Shown: piece by piece, positions 42,201-50,316 of the stretch | How positions within the stretch are numbered: the stretch's first letter is position 1 | Layout of the letters: every line of letters starts with the position of its first letter | NCBI GenBank assembly: GCA_963751455.1 | Contig: CAVVUN010000006.1 | Span: 192,001 to 256,000, forward strand | Origin: Nitrospirota bacterium | Lineage (GTDB): Bacteria; Nitrospirota; UBA9217 | Length of the DNA stretch: 64,000 nt | Reading direction: 5' to 3' | Notes under the pieces: model-generated | Told to the model about the DNA's origin: nothing | Seen by the model: the letters and a program-made list of their open reading frames with translations, nothing else | Database searches by the model: none | Program-made: the position numbers and the translations under genes

Positions 42201-42533
42201 CAAAAAAAGTCCATGTACTTTTTTTTCGTTTAAGCCTAATGGTAATAACTTCCCAACAAAGGCAGAGAATTCCTTTCCTGTAATCGATTTTTCCAAAGCC
42301 TTCGCTTCACCAATAACTTGCTGCTGTGTTGTTACATTTACACCTTCAATATCATACTCAAGACTATTCTTCTTTTTCCTTAATTCAACATTAAAGCCAG
42401 AGGCTTGTAGATATTTTTTCAAAAGGGACTCGAATAGGAGCCCTTTATAGAAGCTTTTGTTTTCTTCGGTTTGTTTGCTATGATAGAAAAGAAACATTTT
42501 TAGGGACCCGTAATTTGTTGTGCAGATGCCCAT
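39204..42533 (-). CDS. Mrr-like PD-(D/E)xK nuclease + STAND-like NTPase + tandem AP2-like domains (start may be 42497)
   Basis: FE..L...YDIEG...GEAK; FIGR, SRSGVGKS, FFVDQFE; two C-terminal AP2-like repeats (FFSDSIYGG..AFEAA; FSVKRWGEEGAKEKA). Confidence 0.7.
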   Translation of the reverse strand: MGICTTNYGSLKMFLFYHSKQTEENKSFYKGLLFESLLKKYLQASGFNVELRKKKNSLEYDIEGVNVTTQQQVIGEAKALEKSITGKEFSAFVGKLLPLGLNEKKVHGLFLSTAPLTPEADDYYSKVKSYGITSITGKGLFRSIEDSLRCPSFDVLASVLQQQGYIPVTSKILKTDDDIFLVLIARAHNSITPAYFSVFDLNCNQIDDVQFLQALTSSEIPLQPLEPILSPKKPSKIYREKERSIPKGLSLGTDWADYKLPASPNVFIGRDKFIERLSTYIDENQGPNILQVKSRSGVGKSSVLAFIEKAKVEAGAITELHDARDIKSTLDIFSVVQRFTNSDYLAQDFRDIENQINNLIENNRDRLKLFFVDQFESTFLVPEIFEAYENLFDIFSRSKNKTFVIFARKNDQLTTFDNSKISLEKINQSSKSFELPDFSVEEAISLIRRINETAAKPITREVQSYVLSFAQGFPWLLKRTMAHLTRLVSKGVIQSELISAGLQLDDLFNEELEELDEMERDYLSRIARLLPADFNQIHRHFDEDPLLLKILDKLTASRLIRLTGITYDTYSDVFKDYLVYQKLPEFRQINVYRTSPSPVLAVFHSLIDKNKKDISVEDIEKTQGLSRGYAFNILRELRNFNLIIASKDGWEVSQSVRDIYNHGRLGEYIRRQLLKNEIVSRIINAVSHGDKFSVKAMSKYLQQQFPFIEASSKTWESYSLVFRAWLTETKLLVETDDGNLIQPTESRSSIIETLGNLGMLNVRRRASSRLDFFLPSSPNVALVENAWQSIQGGVPVSQIDDRVAISDLRLGGWLTGDQPVTVSPGEFRKLLKEALTTEPLQIIWETVRQDEPVRPPFEKIMDDRYTEETLKWRLKTLLRWGKDLTIIPQGRVRHQHYAKSFGTASKRGKGSAVKKGDYVPKIKISGSLFSSSEPNKVIDYSEIKDFIKKTFPRTIGITRIDIFTKRGTHGWEIRVRRRDKNYNEFFSDSIYGGIKDAFEAAKEQLAEINKLITPYKRRENAIRITARNKSGIVGVRRGKSVTKRNGKVWTTDAWFASGSPMPGKEKLRRFSVKRWGEEGAKEKAIAQRKQWEREMDFYEQEQSGNKPEA

Positions 42534-42566
42534 ATAGCCTTATTAGGAGCGCTGCTATGGTTTCTA

Positions 42567-43871
42567 TTATTTTTTCCAGGTATCGTAGGCCTTCTTACTC
42601 TTTGATGGAACCGAAACAGGGTCGATTAACCTAACGATTCGCTTAAAGGCATCCCTGCACCTACCGTATGACCCGATCCGCAACCCTACGACCGTTTTCG
42701 TGTCCGGTAAAGCCAGCATTATGGCTACCTCGCTTGGCGTAAAACTTTTAATGATCTGGTCATAATAAGGAACCGCAGCTCGGGATACCCCATATTGGTT
42801 GCCGACAGAACAAGTCACAACAGTTGACACTAGTTCCGATTTGGCAGTATCTGGGATGGCGCCTTGGGAGGTGATCTGAAGAAGTCTTTCTGCAAAAGGT
42901 GGTTCATTATAGAAATTATCAAAAGCTTGGTGTACTTCAAAGAGCCGCTTACATGCTCCCGAAATCAATGCATGCCTTTCGCTATCACTAAGCAGATTTA
43001 AAAGAGCGAGTTTTTCAAAAAAAACCTGAGACGCTTTGTGGCGGTCTTTATCCCCCTTTGCCAAGTAATCTTGGTGTCTATCGATGAGGTCCGATTTTGC
43101 CTTCGGTGTTAAATCAGGCACGAGTTCACTAACAACCGCTAGTGCATTAATTCGTCCTTCTTGGGCTATAGCGGGGTCACAAAATATGCCATGTAGTGTT
43201 CCTACAAGTAATTCCCGTTGTGCTTCGTGGGTTTTCCGTAGCCGCTGAATCCACTCGTCTTTTTGGTCTTTTGTGAATTTTTTACCATTGATCGCCTTTA
43301 TGAAAGCCTGTATGTCAACACCAACAGGGTTTTGCTCTCCCGTTAAGGCGTATTTAGAGCAGCGATTCAGAAAAGAAATTAATTCATGATCATCGATTTT
43401 TCCTACAGCAGGATGAGCAGCTGAGAAATTATTCCGAATATCGCGGCACTGATCCAAGAAGAAGTACCCGTCCTCAGTGATCAGGTTTAGGCTGAGACAG
43501 AGTTTAAGGAGTTCGGCATCCTTTAAATCTTGTAGCGCTCTCTCATCAAAGTCCTTTGCGTCGATAACCTGACCCACTACATTGAGGCCGAAGCGCCTTA
43601 CCTTGTCTCTAAGTTCAAGAATTGTAGCATTCCAGACATAATTAATGGCACTGTCGAAAAGACCAGATGCGACTGCGACACACATACGGGCCAATGCCTC
43701 GCTACGAAGAGCAGGAGGAACTTTAGTTAAGACACGGGGAAGATTCGTCCAAGCACCATCGATTTCTTCATCACTCGCTAGGATATCTCTGGGTACGCCC
43801 AGAGCCGTCGTTAGCGCTATTAAAATTGACTGACTGTTTTTGATGACTGCCGGTAGATTTACTTTAGACAT
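42567..43871 (-). CDS. Hypothetical protein with HEPN-like Rx4-6H motif
   Basis: SAINYVWNA...CRDIRNNFSAAHP; helical C-terminus; RBS before MSKVNL. Confidence 0.6.
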   Translation of the reverse strand: MSKVNLPAVIKNSQSILIALTTALGVPRDILASDEEIDGAWTNLPRVLTKVPPALRSEALARMCVAVASGLFDSAINYVWNATILELRDKVRRFGLNVVGQVIDAKDFDERALQDLKDAELLKLCLSLNLITEDGYFFLDQCRDIRNNFSAAHPAVGKIDDHELISFLNRCSKYALTGEQNPVGVDIQAFIKAINGKKFTKDQKDEWIQRLRKTHEAQRELLVGTLHGIFCDPAIAQEGRINALAVVSELVPDLTPKAKSDLIDRHQDYLAKGDKDRHKASQVFFEKLALLNLLSDSERHALISGACKRLFEVHQAFDNFYNEPPFAERLLQITSQGAIPDTAKSELVSTVVTCSVGNQYGVSRAAVPYYDQIIKSFTPSEVAIMLALPDTKTVVGLRIGSYGRCRDAFKRIVRLIDPVSVPSKSKKAYDTWKK

Positions 43872-43917
43872 ATGATTTCCCTCTTTGGACACTACAACCC
43901 GAAGATGACGATTCAAC

Positions 43918-44826
43918 TCACTCTTCCGCAAAATAATCCGAATCCACTCTACGTATTTCATACTTTGCTGTTGAAGTCGTTCCCAGTCCATAATCGATCA
44001 TCAATTCCGCAAGCGTTCTTCCATCAATCAGGATCACCTTTGGATCAATGCTTTCGACATACTTTACGGCATCATCGGAAAATCTGCCGGTTGTAATGAA
44101 GACGCCCTTCTTTGCTCTTTTGCCGTGAAGCGCACCGACGAATTTCTGAATCTCCGGCCGCCCCACAGTACCTTCCCATCTTTTAGCCTGCAAATAAATT
44201 ACATCCAATCCGAGACGATCTTCCTTGATAATGCCATCGATACCCTCATCGCCGCTTTGACCTATTGATTTACCCGCGTCTGCATGCGAACCACCATAAC
44301 CTAGCGCCACCATCACATCCACAACCAGCCGTTCGAAGAATTGCGGAGAATTTGCCTTGATTCTTTCCATTATCTCGGATGCCAGATCAGCCCGGATATT
44401 CAAATATGCCTTTTGAAGTGTCTCTTCAGGAGTTTCTACAGGAGAGGTATCCGTGTGATTAACAGTGGTGACTTGATCGGTCTTGGACGTATGAAATTCG
44501 ACGAATTCAGGAAATTGATTGAGGATCTTCACGTCGATTCGGTCATGGCCTTTCTTGTGCAGCTCCTTGCCGCGTTGGGTTACGCGGAAATAGCCTCGAC
44601 GGGGGGATTCAAAAACATTTGCCTGGACAAAGTAGCTCTTTGCCCATGCAATCCTATTATCGAACTTTGTCTGCGTCCCACTCGGGAGCATCTCCCGTAA
44701 ATCTTGCTCCGCGATGTTCATGCGTTTCGCGATGATCTCTCTCGCCTCTTTCATGGAATGCTCTTTGCCATCAGCAGCAACATCCAGCAGGGGCTTAAAA
44801 AAAGATTGAAAATCAGGAACCGCCAT
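43918..44826 (-). CDS. mrr: Mrr restriction system protein (type IV)
   Basis: Mrr_N (NRIAWAKSYF) plus Mrr_cat (GDEGIDG, QAKRW, FVGAL). Confidence 0.92.
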   Translation of the reverse strand: MAVPDFQSFFKPLLDVAADGKEHSMKEAREIIAKRMNIAEQDLREMLPSGTQTKFDNRIAWAKSYFVQANVFESPRRGYFRVTQRGKELHKKGHDRIDVKILNQFPEFVEFHTSKTDQVTTVNHTDTSPVETPEETLQKAYLNIRADLASEIMERIKANSPQFFERLVVDVMVALGYGGSHADAGKSIGQSGDEGIDGIIKEDRLGLDVIYLQAKRWEGTVGRPEIQKFVGALHGKRAKKGVFITTGRFSDDAVKYVESIDPKVILIDGRTLAELMIDYGLGTTSTAKYEIRRVDSDYFAEE

Positions 44827-45105
44827 GATTAGGCTCCTCGGTCGCAACATGTGATCGCATAGGATGATGTTTTTCGCTGATTGGCTGAATCATTCGTTCT
44901 GGGACAGTTGATATAAGCAAGGTGTACTTTTCCGGTTGGTTAATATGGAGAGAATATCACAGAAGGTTACAAAAATAAAGGGAGTTCTGAGCAGCTGGTC
45001 TCATAATTTCAGTGTGAACGATTGAGGTTTCGAGAAGATGTCGATACCGCAGATTACAGGAAGAACTTCTCGTCACCTCTTTTCTCCATCTACGCAGTCA
45101 GACAC

Positions 45106-45987
45106 TTATTTCCCGCCCATGCTTCTTTGATATTCCGAAGGCGCCATTTTATACTGCCTCTGAAAACACGCGGACAGATACGACGGGCTTCCGAAGCCGC
45201 AGTCCAGGGCGATCTCGGTCATGGACTTGTCCCCGGCAAGCAGAAGTTTTTTTGCGCGCTCCAGGCGTAGGCCTTGGACGTATTCCATGGGTGCTTTTCC
45301 CGTTTCCGCCTTGAATACGCGTGCAAAGTGCGAGGCGGACAGATGAGCGATTGAGGCCATGATTTCGACAGTGATCTTTGCATCAATATGAGAGCTGAGA
45401 TATTCGATCACGCGGCTGATTTCGACCCGATCGGCTATTCGGCTCCCGTTTACGGGGGCTTTTGTGATCGTCCTGATGAGAGAATGGCATATCTCGACAC
45501 CCAGTGCGTCTAGCACCGGGGCGGCTCCGGTTGTTCCGCTGTCCGCTTCGATCATGAACCGCTTCAGCAGATGGACAAATCCTTCCCCCGGGTCAAGGAA
45601 GTTCCCGCGGAATACCCCGGGCTGTTTGCGTGAATAAAATCGGTACTGTTTTTCAAAAAACTGTTTGCTGATTAAGATACAGATATATCGAGGCGGCGTA
45701 TCAGACGCTAGTTCCTGATGAGGGAGGCCGGGAGACAACGCAAGGACCTTGCCAGGTCTGCCGGATATCGTCTTCCCCTGCAGCCTTATCGAGGTTCGTC
45801 CGCTGAAGTCCAGGACAAACATGTACGCCGGGTGGGTGTGCTCCGGCGTAAGTGCATAGAAGCACGCCCCGCCTACAGGTGTGAAAAGTCCTATATGCTC
45901 ACACACAAAGCAGTCGACATAGCGAAGCTGCTCCTTCGATACTACGCCCACAAGCTTTCTGATTATTTTTAGTTCCTGCCCTGTCAT
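45106..45987 (-). CDS. AraC family regulator
   Basis: LSASHFARVFK, IALDCGFGSPSYLS. Confidence 0.92.
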   Translation of the reverse strand: MTGQELKIIRKLVGVVSKEQLRYVDCFVCEHIGLFTPVGGACFYALTPEHTHPAYMFVLDFSGRTSIRLQGKTISGRPGKVLALSPGLPHQELASDTPPRYICILISKQFFEKQYRFYSRKQPGVFRGNFLDPGEGFVHLLKRFMIEADSGTTGAAPVLDALGVEICHSLIRTITKAPVNGSRIADRVEISRVIEYLSSHIDAKITVEIMASIAHLSASHFARVFKAETGKAPMEYVQGLRLERAKKLLLAGDKSMTEIALDCGFGSPSYLSACFQRQYKMAPSEYQRSMGGK

Positions 45988-46083
45988 GACCGCTCCCTGT
46001 GCTGCAGCAGCGATGCTATCAGAAAATGAGTTGGTCTGTCAATCATGACAAGTGAATTGTCCCGGAGCTTAATAAATTCCTCC

Positions 46084-46498
46084 TCAGAGTCTGTTATAGA
46101 TGGATGCGGGCATGGTTTTGAGGAGCCATCCGATCAGCCTCCACCGCTTCGTAATATACGCGTGATCTCTTTTTCTCCTGATCGCGTTGTATATCTGCCG
46201 CGCCGCCTTTTCCGGAGAAGCTACCCAGAAAAGGCCGTCACCTTTTGCCATTGCCGTCGACAATGTCTGTTCCCTCCATTTCCGCAATCAAGGCTTCGAG
46301 CCGGGCCATTGCGTCGGCAGTTTGAGCAACATCGATATGCTTTATGAAAACACGATCTGCGTGCTTCTCCTTCAATTCGGCCAGCAAGTGAATGCGCCTT
46401 CCGGCCAGTCCGACAATATAACCTTCATTCAGAAGGACCGACGACAACTCTTTGCCTATTCCCGAGGTCGCACCGATAACAATTGCCTTTTTTTTCAT
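46084..46498 (-). pseudogene. SDR oxidoreductase with a large internal deletion
   Basis: IGATSGIG N-term joined out of frame near 46258 to a TAMAKGDGLFWV C-term; YxxxK region missing. Confidence 0.8.
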
Positions 46499-46548
46499 AT
46501 ATGCTCCCATTTGGTAATGCCTGTTCTTATGGCCCCCGAAAACTCGAT

Positions 46549-47229
46549 TCAATCTCTATACGGTCTCCTCCTGAGGCTCACTTTGCAGCCGTTCCTTATG
46601 GCGGTCGCCCATACCAGCAGAGGATTTGCTCCGATTTGAACATAGAGGCATGTCGGCATGAGAGGCATTGCCATGAGTTTTACGGCTTCTTCGGGGATTG
46701 TATCACCTTTTGCAAGGGCTTCGGCAGCAAGATCGAGGGATTTTTTGATATTCCTTGCCAGTCCTCCGGCCTGTTCCAGCCGCTTCCCGTGGATCGCTTC
46801 TCCGCCGCCCAGGGCAAGGCCGCCGGCCCATTCAAATCCGCATTCGAGCGCAAAACGGCGGCTTATCGCCAGGGAAACCGCATTTTGCCTGGCTTCAGGA
46901 AATCCTGAATTGGAAATGGCCGCCATCCTCCGCTTTCTTTTCTCGGTTCTTTTTTTAGTGTCGGCATTGATCAATTCCATCGCCTTTACCACATCGGCAT
47001 GATGACTGTCGGCGAAAAGCGGAGCAGCAAGGACAATGAGATCGGATTCGTCAGCAGTCGCAAGAAGATGGCGTATGCCTTTTTCGGTCGAAAGCGACTG
47101 CTGTATGTATATTGTCTTTGTTGCAGCGCCTTTCGCTTCCAGTTTCTGTAAAAGATACGCTCCGAGGGCGTCCGAAGTGCTTTTGGGGCCCCTGGAACTT
47201 CCGACGAGCAGCGTGACAAGCATGGTCAT
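46549..47229 (-). CDS. Flavodoxin-fold NAD(P)H-dependent oxidoreductase
   Basis: GSSRGPKSTS, APLFAD, NSGFPE. Confidence 0.8.
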   Translation of the reverse strand: MTMLVTLLVGSSRGPKSTSDALGAYLLQKLEAKGAATKTIYIQQSLSTEKGIRHLLATADESDLIVLAAPLFADSHHADVVKAMELINADTKKRTEKRKRRMAAISNSGFPEARQNAVSLAISRRFALECGFEWAGGLALGGGEAIHGKRLEQAGGLARNIKKSLDLAAEALAKGDTIPEEAVKLMAMPLMPTCLYVQIGANPLLVWATAIRNGCKVSLRRRPYRD

Positions 47230-47570
47230 TTCCTCTCTTTCAGATTTGTTAGCAGGGAGCGGACCCGGGCTTCGATCGATTCGGCTTTGTCGGATGTATA
47301 AAAAACCGCTGATTCTGCCGCGGGATTATGGAGGTTTACCGAGTTTCGCTGCACAAGCGCCCTGAATATGCTTTCGCTTTCCTCATCAGGGCCCGGGAGG
47401 ACGCCTATGCCCAGCAGACTTGGCAGCGGGCTGTACCGCGGTTTGTGGTGGACTTCGCCTTGAATTTTCGTAAAAAAAGGAAGAAGCATAGTGCATGAGA
47501 TGCGGTCTATTGCCTTTTTCAGCTCTGAGGAATATCCGCCGAACGTGACCGCGGTCAGAAAAATAAGCAC
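47226..47570 (-). pseudogene. 5'-truncated flavodoxin-family protein
   Basis: VTFGGYSSELKKAIDR, EVHHKPRY; N-terminal half absent. Confidence 0.7.
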
Positions 47571-47598
47571 TAAATTGAGGTTCTGTAAGCGAAGTAGG

Positions 47599-48969
47599 TT
47601 ATGCGGCTAGTTTCCTGGGGTCTGTCTCCCGGATGATTGCGCTCACATTCTTCCTGTTGAACCCTTTATAACCTTCGCGGCGCTCGATGCTTTCCAGGTG
47701 ACTGCCTACAGCTCCGTGGGAAAGGAACCTGTCGCCCTGTTCGCTCGTTATGGCCTTCGCCCTGATCAGCGCCTCGATTCGCATTGGGTCGACCTGCCAT
47801 TTTTCAGCAGTGCTGAACGCCTGCTTCAGATAATCGAAATTGCTGAACGGGGCCATATACTCGACTCCGTACCGGGCAATATCCTTGATGAGACGTTCGA
47901 AATCAAAGCGGGCTGCGATATGGTGCACGCCCGCCTGAAGAACTGAATCGCCGTGGAGGGCGCACCACAGCCCAACGGTTCCCAATTTGTCCGTCGGCTT
48001 CAGCTGTTCCCGGGAGAAGTCGGTCTCCACTTCCTCCGGTGCAAGGTCGACATCGAGGAAGAGCGTGAGACCTGATCCGTTCTCCATCACTTGTGCGCCC
48101 CAACCTGCCTCAGACCCGGCGTAAAAGCGCTCACGGTTCCGGAAGCCCAGCCGGGAAAAGAGGTCCACCAGCCGCGAGAAGTTTCTGCGCGAGCTGCGGA
48201 AAGTGTAATGATCCTGGTTGGCCCACCCGAGCCCCATCGTGTCATGCCGGCCCTGCTGCACACGGGCCGCATAATTTCTGGACAGCCAGTACGACCGCTC
48301 CGACCGGCATATTACGTCTGCCGCAAGATCCGGCCCGAGCTGCGAGATCAAATGGTCAACGGTCCTTCCAATTTCCGCAAACAAGAGATCCTCATTATCG
48401 TCTACGCGCGACCGGTTCTTCCAGACCTCGCTTGCCCTCAGGTACGTCCGTAGATAAGCATCACCCATGTGAACCGGCTCATAATCCCTGGTTCCTCTCC
48501 GTTCGATTGCCGTCAGGCTTACCCCGTTGTCCGTGCCTAACAAAGCCCGCCTGAATGGACTGTAAGGTGAGCCCTCTATTTCAGCGCGGAAACCGTTGCA
48601 CTGAAGGAAGTCGGCAATGCTTTCCACACGAAGTCCCACTCCCTGCTCATGATTTTCGGAAGAATGCCCGGCCAGAACGAAGCCGGGCAAAACAGCACCC
48701 GGATGAAAATAGGCCTCATGACGCCCACCCGCTTTTCGTATGAATCCCAGGGACACGAGTTTTTCCCTTACCTGTTGCGATTTGGCAATATAGAAATGAT
48801 CCACCCAGTCGAGCAGGCGGGAACTGGTCTCCCGGATAAGCCTCTGTTCAAACCGGGCGAGGGTCATGCTTTTTCGCCTGCAGTCATCAAGGAAATCGAG
48901 ACATGCTTTTTCCGCTTCGGCATGACGTTGCCAATAAAAACCTTTCTCCTGGTTCATGTAAGCCTCCAA
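47599..48969 (-). CDS. VOC-fold protein; candidate 2-oxoadipate dioxygenase/decarboxylase (HglS/DUF1338-like)
   Basis: QDHYTFRS, VHHIAARF, LKQAFS, HLESIER..YKGF...IIRET; gene context. Confidence 0.5.
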   Translation of the reverse strand: MEAYMNQEKGFYWQRHAEAEKACLDFLDDCRRKSMTLARFEQRLIRETSSRLLDWVDHFYIAKSQQVREKLVSLGFIRKAGGRHEAYFHPGAVLPGFVLAGHSSENHEQGVGLRVESIADFLQCNGFRAEIEGSPYSPFRRALLGTDNGVSLTAIERRGTRDYEPVHMGDAYLRTYLRASEVWKNRSRVDDNEDLLFAEIGRTVDHLISQLGPDLAADVICRSERSYWLSRNYAARVQQGRHDTMGLGWANQDHYTFRSSRRNFSRLVDLFSRLGFRNRERFYAGSEAGWGAQVMENGSGLTLFLDVDLAPEEVETDFSREQLKPTDKLGTVGLWCALHGDSVLQAGVHHIAARFDFERLIKDIARYGVEYMAPFSNFDYLKQAFSTAEKWQVDPMRIEALIRAKAITSEQGDRFLSHGAVGSHLESIERREGYKGFNRKNVSAIIRETDPRKLAA

Positions 48970-48989
48970 AGGATAAACTTACGCCATCG

Positions 48990-50312
48990 TAATTAAAGAA
49001 AGCTAAAGGCGTCTCGCGCAAAGCCCGCAGAGGTCGCAAAGAGAAGCGAAAATCAGATTTATTTCATATCCTTAATTTTGCGTCTTGGCGCCTTTGCGAG
49101 AAAATGAATTCAGGTCTTTATCCGTGAGGTCCGTGTCCATCAGTGGCTAATTATCTTTTTCTCGGTTTGCTGTGGCAAAACTGTTACAGTTCTAAAAGAT
49201 CCTGTACTTCATGCCAGGAAGTTCAGCCAGTATTCGCGCTATGCGAAATACTTAGACTCATTGTCGTACCATCTCGCTGAGAATCGCGAGACAGGAATCA
49301 AGGGCCTCATAACCACTGGCCGCAGGCGAGATCCTTGTTTTTTTTCTGCACCCCATTCACAGGTCCATGCAAGCCGCAGGTCATACTAAAGCAAACGCAT
49401 TAATTTGTGTTAAATCTCCCCTGGCCCCTCTTTTCCAAAGAGGAGAATAAAAGGATCTCCCCCTTTGAAAAAGGGGGATTAAGGGGGATTTAAGCATCAG
49501 CGATTCAACAAACAGGTAACAATATTAAATGCGTCTGTATTAGTGCCACTGTAAAAATGTTTTTTGATAGTTCTGCACCTCTGCTTGCACGTCACCCGGC
49601 ATGATTAGTCGGGTTCCGGTAGTCAGTTACAAATAGAATTTATCTCAAAACGGCAAAGAATATTTACCGCGATGTCGCGAGGAACGCGAGGAAAGCGAAA
49701 TTCCCGTAACATGTAAGAGAAGTATCGCCTTCCTGGCGACCTTTGCGCCCTCGCGGTTCAATCTTATTGGTTCTGGTTTGACCCGCGAAAAGCACGCCGG
49801 AATGACGGCGTTGAACCTTTAATAATTAAGTTTACGCTGTACTAGGCCACTATCCATCCGCGGCACTCACGCTTCGCTGAACTTCGCTTCGCTGTGCCGT
49901 TCCAGCTGAGAGGTTTAATAACGTTTTTTTCACGCATGACAAAGCATGTACCTGCTCACGCCCTACTCACGCACTGCGCACTCGAAGTCGTTGGGTGCAG
50001 GCGGGATGCAGGGGTTCTGGGGGAAAAGATTCCAGGCTTTTCCCAAAACCGCGGACGAGACCGAATATAATGCATGCTTTCATCCTAAAAACGGCATTTG
50101 AACACGGATGAACACGGAAACAGCGGATCAAAACAATGTGATAGAGCAAAAAGCCATCTCGCCTTTTGGGTGAATCCATTACTGTTCGTAACTTCCTATA
50201 AATCCGTGTTGATCAGATTTTATCCGTGTCCAACTGCTTTTTTCAGGCTCATCCGTGTTCATCCGTGGTTAAATTGGGCGGCTCAGTTATTTTCTCTGTG
50301 CTCTCTGTGGTA
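48990..50312. repeat. 1.3-kb non-coding cluster of paired repeats and MITE-like elements
   Basis: At least six inverted-pair elements of different repeat types; no credible ORF. Confidence 0.7.
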
Positions 50313-50316
50313 AAGC

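Noticed and set aside
36500-45100. Prophage or integrative element carrying the defence genes
   Set aside because: No integrase, tRNA, att-like direct repeats or phage genes were seen at the borders.
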